64,000 bases of DNA from the human T2T-CHM13v2.0 reference genome, Homo sapiens, in assembly GCF_009914755.1 (NCBI RefSeq), contig NC_060926.1; one strand, 5' to 3'. The notes beneath the pieces were generated by a model. That model made no database searches and had not been told where the DNA came from. It saw nothing but the letters and a program-made list of their open reading frames with translations. Position numbers and translations under genes: made by a program. Below, one piece after another: positions 23,891 to 46,225 of the stretch (positions are counted from its first letter, which is position 1; the number at the start of each line of letters is the position of its first letter).

Positions 23891-26184
23891 TGATATGGTT
23901 TGGCTGTGTCCTCACCCAAATCTCATCTTGAATTGTAGTTCCCATTATCCCCACATGTCATGAGAGGGGCCTGGTGGGAGGTAATTGATCACTGGGGGTG
24001 GATTCCCCCATACTATTCTCATGATAGTGAGCAAGTTCTCACGAGATCTGATGGTTTTATAAGAGGCCTCCTCCTTTGCTCAGCCATCATTTTTCTCCTT
24101 CCAACCATCATGTGAAGAAGGACATGTTTGCTTTTCCTTCTGCTATGCTTGTAAGTTTCCTGAGGCTTCCCCAGTCACGTGGAACTGTGAGTCAATTAAA
24201 CATCTTTCCTTTAGAAATTATACAATCTCAGGGGTTCTTTATAGCAGTGTGAGAACAGACTAACACAGTAAATTGGTACCACAGAGAGTGGGGCACTGAT
24301 ACAAAGATACCTGAAAGTGCGGAAGCAACTTTGGAACTGGGTAACAGGCAGAGGCTGGGACAGTTTGGAGGGCTCAGAAGAAGACAGAAAAATGTGGGAA
24401 AGTTTGAAACTTCCTAGAGATGTGGAGGGTTCAGAAGAGAGGAAGATGCGGAAAAGTTTGGAACTTCCTAGAGACTTGTTAAATGGCTTTGACCAAAATG
24501 CTGATAGTGATATGAACAATGAAGTCCAGGCTGAGGTAACCTCAGATGGAGATGAGGAACTTGTTGGGAACTGGAATAAAGGTAACTCTTGCTATGCAAA
24601 GAGACTGGTGGCATATTCCCCCTGCCCTGGAGATCTGGGGAACTTTGAATTTGAGAGAGATAATTTAGGGTATCTGGCAGAAGAAATTTCTAAGCAGCAA
24701 AGCATTCAAGAGGTGACAGAGTGTAAAAGTTTGGAAAGTGTGCAGCCTGGTGATGTGATAGAGAAGGAGCTGAATGTTAATCAGCAAGACAATGGGGAAA
24801 AAGTCTCCAGGGCATATCAGAGACCTTCATAGCAGCCCATCCCATTACAGGCCCAGAGGCCTAGGAGGAAAAAATGGATTCCTGGGCCAGGCCCAGGGCC
24901 TTGCTGCTTAGTGCAGTCTCAGGACTTGGTGCCCTGCATCCCAGCCACCCCAGCTGTGGGTAAAAGGGGCAAAGGTATAGATCAGGCTGTGGCTTTGGAA
25001 GGTTCAAGCCCCAAGCCCTGGCAGCTTCCACCTGGTGTTGAGCCTGTGCATGAACAGAAGTCAAGAATTGAGGTTTGGGAACCTCCACCTAGATTTCAGA
25101 GGATGTATGGAAATGTCTGGATGTCCAGACAGAAGTCTGCTGCAGGGGCAGAGCCCTCATGGAAAACCTCTTCTAGGGCAGTGCAGAAGGGAAATGTGGG
25201 ATTGGACACCACCACACACAGAGTCCCCACTTGGTCACTGCCTGGTAGAGCTGTTAGAAGAAGACCACCATCCTCCAGACATTAGAATGGTAGATCCACC
25301 AACAGCTTGCCCTCTGTGCCTGGAAAAGCCACAGACTCTCAACGCCACCCATGAAAGCAGCCAGGAGGGGGCTGTACCCTGCAAAGCCACAGGGGTGGAG
25401 CTGCCCAAGGTCATGGGAGTCCACTTCTTGCATCAGCATGACCTGGAGTCAAAGACATGGAGTCAAAAGAGATCATTGTGGAAGTTTAAGATTTAATGAC
25501 TGCCTTATTGGATTTTGAACTTGCATGGAACCTGTAACCCCTTTGTTTTGGCTAATTTCTCCCATTTGGAATGGAAACATTTACCCAATGCCTGTACCCC
25601 CATTGTGTCTTGGAAGTAACTAACTTGATTTTGATTTTACAGGCTCATAGGCAAAAGGGACTTGCCTTGTCTCAGATGAGACTTTGAACATGGACTTTTG
25701 GGTTAATACTGGAATGAACTAAGACTTTGGGGCACATTTAGAAGGGCATGCTTGTGCTTTGAAATGTGAGGACATGAGATTTGGGAGGGGCCAATGGTAG
25801 AATGATATGGTTTGGCTGCACCCCCACCCAAATCTTATCTTGAATTGTAGTTCCCATAATCCCCATGTGTTATGGGAGGGGCCCAGGGGGAAGTAATTGA
25901 ATCATGGGGGCGGTTCCTCTATGCTATTCTCATAATAGTGAGCAAGTTCTCATGATATCTGATGTTTTTATAAGGGGGCTTCCCCCTTCGCTTGGTTCTC
26001 ATTCTTCTCCTTCCAACCATCATGTGAAGAAGGACATATTTGCTTCCCCTTCTACCATGATTGTAAGTTTCCTGAACCCCCCACTCTCAGTCATGCAGAA
26101 CTGTGAGTCAATTAAACTTCTTTCCTCTATAAATTACCTAGTTTTGGGCAGTTCTTTATAGCATTGTGAGAACAAACTAATACA
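23891..26184 (+). mobile_element. Full-length THE1 (C/D-like) MaLR: LTR 23891-24267, internal, LTR 25803-26184
   Basis: Two tgatatggtttggctg...aca LTRs, perfect TSD gccta, internal MaLR gag-like peptide (LWNWVTGRGWDSLEGSEEDRKMWESL). Confidence 0.95.
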
Positions 26185-27204
26185 GCCTAATTGAAATACT
26201 ATTACTTCTTCCAACAGACACCCCTAATCCAGACCCTTTATTAATAAGTGAGATCAAAGAGAAATGACAATAAGATATAAACATATACAGACATAACTAA
26301 GTGTTTTACATATTCCACCGTAGCTCTTACATGCTGAATTTAAGCAAATCTCTTTGTCTGAGACTCGGTTTCCCCATTTGAAAAACTGAGAAATTATCAC
26401 TTGACTTTCAAGGTGTGGAAATTAAATTTTACCAGTATGCTAATTCTTTTTAACTTGAAAAATCTTTATAATACTCTTAACCAATAATCCAGAAGCAGTT
26501 TAAATCATTGATTTTGTCTTCCTCAGTTAGCAAAATAGACTTTTTCAAACAACTATAGAGTACCTGTTTGGTGCACAGAAGAAAATGAAACATTAAAAAT
26601 TTTCAAGTAGGCAAAAAAATTTCAGCATCCCCCTAGGTGACTGACTTATTACCATTTAGCTCTTCTTCCTCAGTTCTCCTCTTTCTCTCCCCAACTTTTT
26701 CTACCATTTGATTTTCCTGAATGACTCATAAGTATAGAACCACCAATTATTTTATATTTCATATTAAGCGGTGCAAGCCAAATTGAGTTACAGCTTAGAC
26801 AAGAAATCCTAGGGGAAACACCCAGGAGACTGTCATGACACACTTCTTGTTCTCTGGCATAAGCAGAGATAATAATTAAGCATCACGTGACATATTACTC
26901 TAAAAATAGATGCCCTGTGTGGTTTTTGTCATACACACATCCAAGGTGTTTTAAAAAAATGTTTATTTTAATGTGTTACACATTTAGCCTCTGGGAATCA
27001 TTTCACTGAGCAGCTGAAAAGCTGCAGTAAATTCTTGGTTACTGAAATGACATGAGGATGAGTTATTTAAATATCTTTATGTTCATAACATAGACTGGGT
27101 TGAAACAAATCTTCCTGCTGTGGCTAACTCATAAAGATCTCATGATCTAAGTAGGAGATGCCACATATCTTCTTTTTTTTCTCAATGCATGACTCTCTTT
27201 GGAT

Positions 27205-28045
27205 ATTCATTCATTCAACAAATATTTATTGTGTATCCACAAAGTACCAGGCACTGTTTTCAGGACACAGGATACTGCAGTCAACAAGATAAATGAGTAC
27301 AATGCTTGAATAAACCTACAATTCTGTTTTAAGATGGCAAACAGTAAACAAGGACATAAATTAATACATAATTTCAGATGGAGATGAGAGTTGTAAAGAA
27401 AATTAATGATAACTGAATAAGGAAAATGGGGACAAGGAAGAGCTTATTTAGATTAGGTAACTAAGACAAGCTCTCTAAGAAGTGAAGAACTGAATGAGAG
27501 GAAGCCTGCCAATCGAACCCTGGCAGGAAGAACAATTATAGAACAGGGAACCACAATGGTAAGCATGTCACGTTTAGAGAAAAGAGACCAGTGTGGCTGA
27601 AGCACAGAAGTCAGAGTGTGGTTGGAAATATGGCCAGTGTGGTAGGCAAGAGACAGGTCCCTCAAGAATACAAGAAATATGGTCTGTGGTAGGCAAGAGA
27701 CAGATCCCTCAAGAATAATTGTGGAAGTGAATGGATTTAACCCAAGTTCAAAGAGAAGCAATTGGGGAGTTTTAAGCAAAGAAGTGATATGATTTAATTT
27801 ATATTTTAAAAGCTTACTCTGGTTAGATGGGGGTGGAAATAGGAATGAAAGAAGGCAAATCATTTAGGTATTTGAAATATTCAGTAGTATAGGCAAAAAC
27901 AGCTGATGACTTAGATTACCATTGCAGGCAGATGAGTAGCAAAAATGGTGGTCAGATTTAGTATATACTATAGGGGTAAAACCAATGTGCTCCTCTGATT
28001 GATGTGATTTACAAAATAAAAAAAGGAATCAAGGCAACAATTTCC
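27205..28045. mobile_element. L2 LINE remnant
   Basis: cattcattcattcaacaaatatttattg L2 3' end with purine-rich body. Confidence 0.65.
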
Positions 28046-30152
28046 ATACTTTATTTCTCAGTCTATCTTATGGTGCTCACTGCATTTCATGGTAGGAGTT
28101 CAAAGGTAACATTAAAAATAAGGAGTATCTACACAGCAGAAGGTTGGAGAATGAGGAAGCATTGACCAGATATGAGAGAATTATGAAGCACTGCATTGTG
28201 ACCCCTGTAGGAACAAAAGTAAATATTGTCTCTAGCTTTTGTTATCATTGTAGGAAGACCAGGGATCCTAGGGTATGTAAAATTTTCCATCTCCTTCTTA
28301 TAACAGACTAGTTCTGTCTTTACATTTTACACAAGACCATAGATTTTGCACAGTGTTTCTTTCACTAAGCCCCACCAACATATTATCTAATCTTAATAAA
28401 ATTTGGTCAGCAGAGATGTAAAAAATGCAGAGAAAACAAAATAAAAGTAAAAAAGAAAATGTGAAGGCAAAGATGATGAAAAAAATAGAAGATAAAGGCC
28501 TGAAATATGCCTGAAAAGTGCAAAAAGTGTGCATTTCTAATTATCAGCTTCTGTGTACTTTTGAACTGCGGAAGTTTTGAACTGAATGAGTTCAAAAGGT
28601 GGCCAAGACTGATGAAGTGTCTCTGTTAATAGAAAAATTTAAACTGAGTCTTCTCAAGAGAGGCATACTTAGAAGCTCTAATGAGCTCCTCAGTGGAAGA
28701 AAAATCCGAACCTAATCTTTTGGTTCAATAAGTTAATTCTCTTAGTGAAAGATGAGTCGAGTGAGCCAATCTTTATGAACACTGAAAGCAAAACGGCAGA
28801 GAATTGAAGCTCTGAGCCACTACACTTCAGGCCTTTCCTCTCTTTTTTTTTTCACTTTCTTTCTTTCTTTTTATCTTCTTTGTTGGCTAATCTAGGAGCA
28901 GTTTACCAGGCTGCCAGGCAATGCAAAGGTCTAAACTCTTTGTGAAGAGAATTTGAAATAATCACATTATGTTTGTCAAGGCTTTGTATTTGTGGAGGTG
29001 AACAGTAACAAATAAGAGAAAAAGTCTGCAATCTGTGTTTGTATCACAGGGATAATGCCCAGGATTCTTTGTATTTTGTGGAAGAATAGCATGGGATCTC
29101 AGACTAAGTCCTTGAAGTACAAATATGATTGTACAAGGCTTCCTATAGAAAATGTCTACCTTGAATTTCATGGCCCTTGGTATTTTGGTAAACTTAGTTT
29201 TATAGCCTTATAAATGATGCCATCAAATTTCCATAAGGACATCATGAAAGTAGACTTAAGTTGTAGAAAACTGTACGAAGTTTACTTCTGTATGTCTTAA
29301 TGTAACTGTAAACATCCCGTTTTACCAGCTATGGCATCTAGGAAATATTCAGCTCCATTTAGCCACAGCACAAAGGGTAGAAGAAATTTAAAGGTCAGAG
29401 CCCTAAACTCTTTTACCCAGTTACAGAAGATGTTTTGTCAACATGAATAAATAAAAGTGGTACTTCAGTTAAAATTGAAGGTATTGCTTCACTAAATAAG
29501 TATTAATACAGAATGTTTCACGGTAAAATAACCAAGGTAAATTCGATAATGGGGCTGGGGATGGTGCTCATCATTTTTTGTGGTACGAAACTAAAGAACA
29601 AGTTTTCTTTTTGTGGTCATCAGCAAGTATCAGTGTGCTACTCTGGAGATAATATTTTCCATCAATGGAGGGAAAAGAACTAGTATATATGAGTGGTTAA
29701 GTGGAATCTGAAAAAAATAATATCAAAGGCAAGACCATGCATTATAGCTTAATCCATGTATGTAGGCTACTTGACTGGAAAGCCATATGGTATTGCAAAA
29801 AAAGCGCAGAGTATCTAATAAGAAAGACATGTTTGTATCCATACTCTACCTCTCACCGGAAACTGATCTTGGGCCAATTACTTCACCTTTCTGAGCTGCA
29901 ATGTCCTTAACTATAAAATAAAGTTTCAAAAATCAATCTTATGGGGTTATCAGAAGAAATAAATGTCTCTAGCTTAGAGATGTTTATAAATGTCTGTACC
30001 ACCTTATAAGTACCCGACCCATAGTATATATTATGTAGAACACCTTCACATCTACTTCACAGGGTCTTCACTGATATAGACAGCAAAGGTATATCAATTT
30101 GTATTCAAAGAAAACCAACATCTATTCAAGAAATTTTAAAACTATAAGAATT

Positions 30153-30447
30153 GGTTGGGTATGGTGGCTCACACCAATATCCTAGCACTTTGGGAAACAG
30201 AGGCCGGAAGCTCACTTGAGGCCATGAGTTTGAGACCAGCCTGGGCAACATAGTGAGACCCTGTATCTACAAATCTTAAAAATATTAGCCAGGCTTGGTG
30301 GCATGCACTCGTAATCCCAGCTACTCAGGAAGCTGAGGTGGGAGAATCACTTGAGACTGGGAGTTCAAGTCTGCAGGGAGCTATGACCACCACTGCACTC
30401 CAGCTTGGTCAACAGAGTGAGATGCTGTCTCAAAAAGAAAAAAAAAA
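30153..30447 (+). mobile_element. AluJ
   Basis: Full dimer with A tail. Confidence 0.92.
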
Positions 30448-31677
30448 GTATGTTTTAATTTTTCTTTAAAATAGTGCATCCTCCTCTGTAATTACATCTA
30501 GAGCATTTTATTAGTGGCAGGGCATTAACCACCTCTTTACACAAATACACTTCTTCCTGCTACCTTAGAATCTCAGGTAACAATAGGAAACTTGCCTTGT
30601 TTATAGGCTGAGAAAGAAAGAGAATATATTCAAGTAAGAAGCTCACAAAATCAGGAAATTTCTTCTCTCTAAGGCATTTCTGGAAAAGTTAGCAGAGTTT
30701 CTAGAGAAGAGCACCAACTGTGTATTTATATAAGGTGAATTTTATTAGTTGAAAATAATGATCTGCATTACAGGAACTCAGGTGAGATTATCTATAAATA
30801 TACAGAAATTCTAGAACTAGTGAAAGAGTTTCTCAACTTTCATCCTCTTAAAAGAGTTTGGAAGACAAAAGCCAAAGTATGGCAGTTTCTAAACGTAATT
30901 AACATTGGCTGAATCTTTCTTATGGACCAGACACTGTTCTGAGAGCTTCCACTAATGACCTTATTTAATCATCCAACAACTCTGTGAGTTATGCAACAAT
31001 TTAACCTCTATTTTAAAGATGAGGAAATAGGCAAAGGTCACACAACTATTAGAGAATACTGGCATCTGATTCCAAAGGCCAAATTCTCAACTATTTTACT
31101 GCACTCTTTGCCAAGACTGGTAAATCTCTTGAGCTTCTGCTCAAATATTTCCACTTACCAGTTATAGCCTCCTGGTGTTTACCCTTCAGAATCAAATTCT
31201 TTAAAAGGAACTGTATTACATGAGATATAGTCTGACTATTTGGTATTATTTTCTTAAAGAGCACATGAAAGTTATATTGGGATTTTGGGGGGTATTTTTT
31301 CAAAATAATTTATAAACAAAACTATTCCCATTTTATTTTTCTTTCACCACTATCACTAGATACCAATTTTACTAAACTTTGACTGTCAGACTGATTTGCA
31401 AGAATTCCCTCCTCTGATATAACCTCCTGCATTCAATAGAGAAATAAATAAATTACTTACAGTCCTTGTAGATAGCACTTACTGAATGCTTACTATATGC
31501 CAGCCATTGTGCTAATTGCCATACATATTAATAACTTATCCCATTGCATCCATACAAATCCCTACAGGTAGTTGCTGTTATTATCTTCATGTTATAGCCC
31601 ATGAAACAAAGGCTCAGAGAAATGTCATGCCCAATATCACAAACACAGTAAAAAGTAGGAACAAGGTTTGATTCCAG

Positions 31678-32582
31678 GAGGAGGAGCCAAGATGGCCGAA
31701 TAGGAACAGCTCTGGTCTACAGCTCCCAGCGTGAGCGACGCAGAAGACGGGTGATTTCTGCATTTCCATCTGAGGTACCGGGTTCATCTCACTAGGGAGT
31801 GCCAGACAGTGGGCGCAGGCCAGTGGGTGCACGCACTGGGCGCGAGCCGAAGCAGGGCGAGGCATTGCCTCACCTGGGAAGGGCAAGGGGTCAGGGAGTT
31901 CCCTTTCCGAGTCAAAGAAAGGGGTGACGGACGCACCTGGAAAATCGGGTCACTCCCACCCGAATATTGCGCTTTTCAGACCGGCTTAAAAAACGGCGCA
32001 CCACGAGACTATATCCCACACCTGGCTCGGAGGGTCCTACGCCCACGGAATCTCGCTGATTGCTAGCACAGCAGTCTGAGATCAAACTGCAAGGCGGCAG
32101 CGAGGCTGGGGGAGGGGCGCCCGCCATTGCCCAGGCTTGATTAGGTAAACAAAGCAGCCGGGAAGCTCGAACTGGGTGGAGCCCACCACAGCTCAAGGAG
32201 GCCTGCCTGCCTCTGTGGGCTCCACCTCTGGGGGCAGGGCACAGACAAACGAAAAGACAGCAGTAACCTCTGCAGACTTAAATGTCCCTGTCTGACAGCT
32301 TTGAAGAGAGCAGTGGTTCTCCCAGCACGCAGCTGGAGATCTGAGAACGGGCAGACTGCCTCCTCAAGTGGGTCCCTGACCCCTGACCCCCGAGCAGCCT
32401 AACTGGGAGGCACCCCCCAGCAGGGGCACACTGATACCTCACACGGCAGGGTATTCCAACAGACCTGCAGCTGAGGGTGCTGTCTGTTAGAAGGAAAACT
32501 AACAAACAGAAAGGACATCCACACCAAAAACCCATCTGTACATCACCATCATCAAAGACCAAAAGTAGATAAAACCACAAAG
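31678..32582 (+). promoter_or_regulatory. L1 5'UTR internal sense/antisense promoter, CpG-rich, YY1 site at 31688-31697
   Basis: caagatggcc motif; retained CpGs. Confidence 0.85.
31912..32127 (-). CDS. ORF0: L1 ORF0 (71 aa, intact)
   Basis: MAGAPPPASLPPCSLISDCC...RCVRHPFL; ATG at 32127. Confidence 0.85.
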   Translation of the reverse strand: MAGAPPPASLPPCSLISDCCASNQRDSVGVGPSEPGVGYSLVVRRFLSRSEKRNIRVGVTRFSRCVRHPFL

Positions 32583-33599
32583 ATGGGGAAAAAACAGAAC
32601 AGAAAAACTGGAAACTCTAAAACGCAGAGCACCTCTCCTCCTCCAAAGGAACGCAGTTCCTCACCAGCAACGGAACAAAGCTGGATGGAGAATGACTTTG
32701 ATGAGCTGAGAGAAGAAGGCTTCAGACGATCAAATTACTCTGAGCTACGGGAGGACATTCAAACCAAAGGCAAAGAAGTTGAAAACTTTGAAAAAAATTT
32801 AGAAGAATGTATAACTAGAATAACCAATACAGAGAAGTGCTTAAAGGAGCTGATGGAGCTGAAAACCAAGGCTCGAGAACTACGTGAAGAATGCAGAAGC
32901 CTCAGGAGCCGATGCGATCAACTGGAAGAAAGGGTATCAGCGATGGAAGATGAAATGAATGAAATTAAGCGAGAAGGGAAGGTTAGAGAAAAAAGAATAA
33001 AAAGAAATGAGCAAAGCCTCCAAGAAATATGGGACTATGTGAAAAGACCAAATCTACATCTGATTGGTGTACCTGAAAGTGATGGGAAGAATGGAACCAA
33101 GTTGGAAAACACTCTACAGGATATTATCCAGGAGAACTTCCCCAATCTAGCAAGGCAGGCCAACATTCAGATTCAGGAAATACAGAGAACGCCACAAAGA
33201 TACTCCTCGAGAAGAGCAACTCCAAGACACATAATTGTCAGATTCACCAAAGTTGAAATGAAGGAAAAAATGTTAAGGGCAGCCAGAGAGAAAGGTCGGG
33301 TTACCCTCAAAGGGAAGCCCATCAGACTAACAGCGGATCTCTCGGCAGAAACCCTACAAGCCAGAAGAGAGTGGGGGCCAATATTCAACATTCTTAAAGA
33401 AAAGAATTTTCAACCCAGAATTTCATATCCAGCCAAACTAAGCTTCATAAGTGAAGGAGAAATAAAATACTTTACAGACAAGCAAATGCTGAGAGATTTT
33501 GTCACCACCAGGCCTGCCCTAAAAGAGCTCCTGAAGGAAGCACTAAACATGGAAAGGAACAACCGGTACCAGCCGCTGCAAAATCATGCCAAAATGTAA
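32583..33599 (+). CDS. ORF1: L1 ORF1p (338 aa, intact)
   Basis: MGKKQNRKTGNSKTQS...QPLQNHAKM; ARREWG and YPAKLS motifs present. Confidence 0.95.
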   Translation: MGKKQNRKTGNSKTQSTSPPPKERSSSPATEQSWMENDFDELREEGFRRSNYSELREDIQTKGKEVENFEKNLEECITRITNTEKCLKELMELKTKARELREECRSLRSRCDQLEERVSAMEDEMNEIKREGKVREKRIKRNEQSLQEIWDYVKRPNLHLIGVPESDGKNGTKLENTLQDIIQENFPNLARQANIQIQEIQRTPQRYSSRRATPRHIIVRFTKVEMKEKMLRAAREKGRVTLKGKPIRLTADLSAETLQARREWGPIFNILKEKNFQPRISYPAKLSFISEGEIKYFTDKQMLRDFVTTRPALKELLKEALNMERNNRYQPLQNHAKM

Positions 33600-33635
33600 A
33601 GACCATCGAGACTAGGAAGAAACTGCATCAACTAA

Positions 33636-37490
<3,855 letters not shown>

Positions 37491-37811
37491 ACAATGAGAT
37501 CACATGGACACATGAAGGGGAATATCACACTCTGGGGACTGTGGTGGGGTGGCGGGAGCGGGGAGGGATAGCATTGGGAGATATACCTAATGCTAGATGA
37601 TGAGTTAGTGGGTGCAGCGCACCAGCATGGCACATGTATACATATGTAACTAACCTGCACAATATGCACATGTACCCTAAAACTTAAAGTATAATAAAAA
37701 AAAAAAAGTTTTGATTCCAGAGCCATGTGACTACAAACTCAAGATCTTAGTCATCATAGAATAGAATTACCTTCAAATTTTACCAGTTATGTGAGTCCGG
37801 GGAAAGACATA

Positions 37812-40157
<2,346 letters not shown>

Positions 40158-41624
40158 AAGATAACATATATCTTAGAGTTGAAGAGTACTGGAGTATATA
40201 TAGTAAGTATTAAACAAATTCTGACTAAAATTTTAATTCTACCCAATAATGTTCTTTGAATAGAAATTATCAACTCTATACAAACATAGTCAGGAATATC
40301 TTGGGTCCCATGGAGCATCAAGTCGCCATAGTGACAAGACAGAGAAACATCTTAAGAAGACCTCAACATGATCACATATTGTTAAAATGCTTCTGTTGTT
40401 GGAGATTACTCTTGCCTGAGTTTGTCCTTTAGCTCAAATCCCACTCTCAATGTGAACTGGTGTCTGAGTTTTACAGAGAGGGTCAGGTATAATGAAAGCT
40501 CATGTAATGTTTTTGTATTCAAAATGTCTATAAGACTCTGGAGGATAAAAACTTGAATGCAAGGTGTTACTTCATGATACAAATAACATGAGGGAAAGGG
40601 ATTCCTCTAAAAATGTTTTTTTGGAAAGAAGTTTATAGTGCATGCACTCTTTTTCTTGTTCTGCTATTTGGGTTGGGCACTTTGCAGCTAGCTTCTCGTA
40701 TTATACCACACTAACATCAAAGGACTATTCTCCAGGTGTACATTTAAAAAGAAACAACCTGGGCCTTACATTTAGCCCTATCTTTATGAAATTGGGTTTT
40801 GATTTTAAGGAAAATATATCATATTAAAGACATATTTATTCTACACCCTTCCTTGGAATCTACCAAAAGTACCAAAAACAGTTTAAAATTTAAATAATGT
40901 AATATCTACAAGTTCAGAAATGAGTGACAAAACAAATAAATAATTATGGGAACATACACACAGTCTACTGATTTCAATAAAATGTGGACCAAAATGAGGG
41001 ATAAAGCAACAAACCAGTACATCTTAAAGTAACACAAAAGATCTGTAAAGACTCTTCCAAAGACATTTTACGTAAAATAAGGAGGAATGAGAGTATGTGA
41101 AGTCCACAAAAGACTCAGGGGATACCTCTAAATAAGTCAAAGTCAACACTGCAAATAGCATAAGAAAAACTGCCTCTGAGGCTAGGATAACTTGACCTCA
41201 GAAACCATCTGGAGGTAATATGAGGAGGAGAAGAATCAAAGAGAAACACCGGCCAGATTTGCAGCTAAAAATGAATGCAGCTGAGCAGAAATAAATCCAG
41301 AATGATTACTTCTAAAACTCTTGTAAGCCAAGTAACTCCACTGAAACCCAAGGTAAACTCTCACTAGTTCACCTGATCATGCTGAAAGGAAATGTGCCAG
41401 ATAACGATGTTGAATTGATGAGTAGAAGTTGTAAAGTAGCATTCCTTTAAAGAACAATTAATACCAATTTTTCTCAAACTATTCCAAAATTTAAAGCAGA
41501 GAGAATTTTTCGTAACTCATTCTATTAAGCCAGCATAACCCTGGTACCAAAATCAGAAAAAGACACAGCAACGAAAAGGCAACCACAGTTCAACATTCCT
41601 GATGAACACAGATGCAAAAATCTT

Positions 41625-43714
<2,090 letters not shown>

Positions 43715-45659
43715 TCAAGTGGGATTTATCCCAGGAATGCAAAGATAGTTCAAATTATGCAAATTACTAAACGTTATACATTACATCAATAGAATGAAGG
43801 ACAAAAATCACATGATCATCTCAATTCAATAGATTCAGAAAAAGATTTTGATAAGATTTATTCTGACTTCATGATAAAAACTCTTAATAAATTAGGTATA
43901 GAAGGAAAGTTCCTCAACATCATAAAGTCCATATATGACAAACCCTTAGCTAACATCATACTGAACGGAGAAAAAACTGAAAGGCTTTCCTCTAAGAACT
44001 GGAATAAGATAAGGATACCCACACTAACCATTCATATTTAGCATAGTACTAGAAGTCCTAACTAGAACAATCTGGCAAAAAGGAAAAAAAATGGCATTCA
44101 TATTGAAAAAGAGCAAGTCAAATAGTCTCTGTTTGCAGATGACATGATCTTATCTTATATTTCAAAAAGCCTAGGGCATTGGACTTGGAAAAGTTTTTAT
44201 GAATAACACCTCCAAAGCATAGGCAACAAAAGTGAAGACAAATGAAATTATATTAAACTAAAAACCTTCTGCACAACAAAGGAAACAATCAACAGGGTGA
44301 AAAGAGAACCTGCAGAATGGAGAAAATATTTGCAAACTACTCATTTGACTGGAGATTAATATCTAAAAAGCTTCTGCAAAACAAAGGAAGCAATCAAAAG
44401 AGTGAAAAGAGAATCTGCAGAATGGAGACAGTATTTGCAAACTACTCATTTGACAGGAGCTTAGTATCTAAAATATACAAGGAACTGAAATATCTAGATA
44501 ATAAAGAAAACAATCTGATTAAAGAATGGACAAATGATCTGAACAGACATTCCTCAAAAGAAGATATACAAATGGCCAACAGGTATATGAAAAAAATGCT
44601 CAATGTCACTAATTATCAGGGAAATGCAAATAAAAACGACAATGAGGTATGATCTTACTCCATTTAAAATGGCTATCATCAACAAGATGATAAACAACAA
44701 ATGCTGCAAGGATGGGGAGAAAAGGGAACTCTTATCCACTGTTGATGGGAATGGAAAATATTACAGCCACTTTGGAGAACAGTATGAAGATTCCTCAAAA
44801 AAAAACTGTAAATAGAACTACCATATGATCCAGCAATCCTACTACTGGGAATTTATCCAAAAAAAGGAAATTATTATATCAGAGACACATCTGAACCCTC
44901 ATGTTTACTGCAGCACTATTCAGAGTAGCCAAGATATGGACTCAGCCTAGATGTTCAACAACAGATGAACAAATAAAGAAAATGTGATGCATATACCTCA
45001 CAAAATAAAATTCTGTCATTTGCAGCAACATAGATTGAACTGTAGGACATTATGTTAAGTAAGATAAGCCAGGAATAGAAAGTTAAACATTGCACATTCT
45101 CACTCGAATGTGGAAGCTAAAAAAAGTTGATCTCATAGAAGTAAAAAGTAGAACAGAGGATACTAGAGGCTGGGAAGGACAGGGGGAAGGGAGGAATAGA
45201 GAGAGATTTGTTGAACAATACAAAATAATGGCTAGATAATTTTAGTGTTCTATACCACTGTAGGATGACTATAGAGAGCAATAACATGTTATATAGTTTT
45301 AAATGGCTAGAAAGAGGATATTGAACATTCCCAACACAAATAAATGATCAAGGTTTGAGATGATGGATATGCTAATTACACTTATCTGATCACTATACAT
45401 AATATATATCAAAAAATCACTAAGTACCCCATTATCTGTACAATTATTATTGTCAATATAAAAAAGGAAATTTTAAAACAGAAAAAAATACACTTTGAAA
45501 GAATTATAAACTAAATCAGACTTCTAAAAAGCAAAAACTGAAGAAAGAAATAGTGAAATAAAATCTTCAATATGTTGTGAGAAAAAGCTACATGTCTATA
45601 GTTATAAACCCAGAAAATCCTTATTTAAGAAAACATAAAATAAATATTTTTGTATATTA

Positions 45660-45950
45660 GGCCATGCACCATGTGTGCCTAATATACACATGGGAGGCAG
45701 AGGCAAGTGGATCTCTTGAGCTCAGGAATTCAAGACTAGCCTGGGAAACATGGTGAAACCCCATCTTTACAAAAAACACAAAAGTTAGCTGGACATGGTG
45801 ACACACCCCTGTAGTCTCAGCTACTTGGGAGGCTGAAGAGGGAGGATTGCTTGAGCCTGGGAGTTCAAGGCTGCAGTGAGCCGTGATCACATCACTGTAC
45901 TCCAGCCCAGATGACAGAGTGAGATCCTGACTAAAGAAAATAAAAATTAA
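45660..45950 (+). mobile_element. AluJ (degenerate 5' end)
   Basis: Alu body from gggaggcagaggc to the A-rich tail. Confidence 0.85.
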
Positions 45951-45993
45951 AAAAGGGTTCACCACTAGATTTTCACTAAAGGATCTTCTGAAG

Positions 45994-46225
45994 CAGAGGT
46001 GTCCAATCTTTTGGGTTCCCTGGGCCATATAGAAAGAAGAAGAATTGTTTTGGGCCACACATAAAATAAAGTATCACTAATAATAGCTGATGAACTAAAA
46101 AACAAAACAAAAAACGCAAAAACATCTCATAATGTTTTAAGAAAGTTTACAAATTTATGTTGGGCTGCATTCAAAGCCATTGTTGGGCCACATGCAGCCT
46201 GTGGGCTGCAGTTTGGACAAGCTTG
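45994..46225 (+). mobile_element. MER30 (hAT)
   Basis: cagaggtgtccaatctttt...ggacaagcttg; 8-bp TSD ttctgaag/ttctaaag. Confidence 0.88.

Noticed and set aside
24317-25496. Overlapping ORFs of 124-171 aa
   Set aside because: Fragments of the decayed THE1 internal ORF.
11300-31600. Possible host exons in non-repeat stretches (e.g. ~18390-18475, ~28560-28830)
   Set aside because: No recognisable protein similarity or convincing paired splice signals by eye; small or non-coding exons cannot be excluded.
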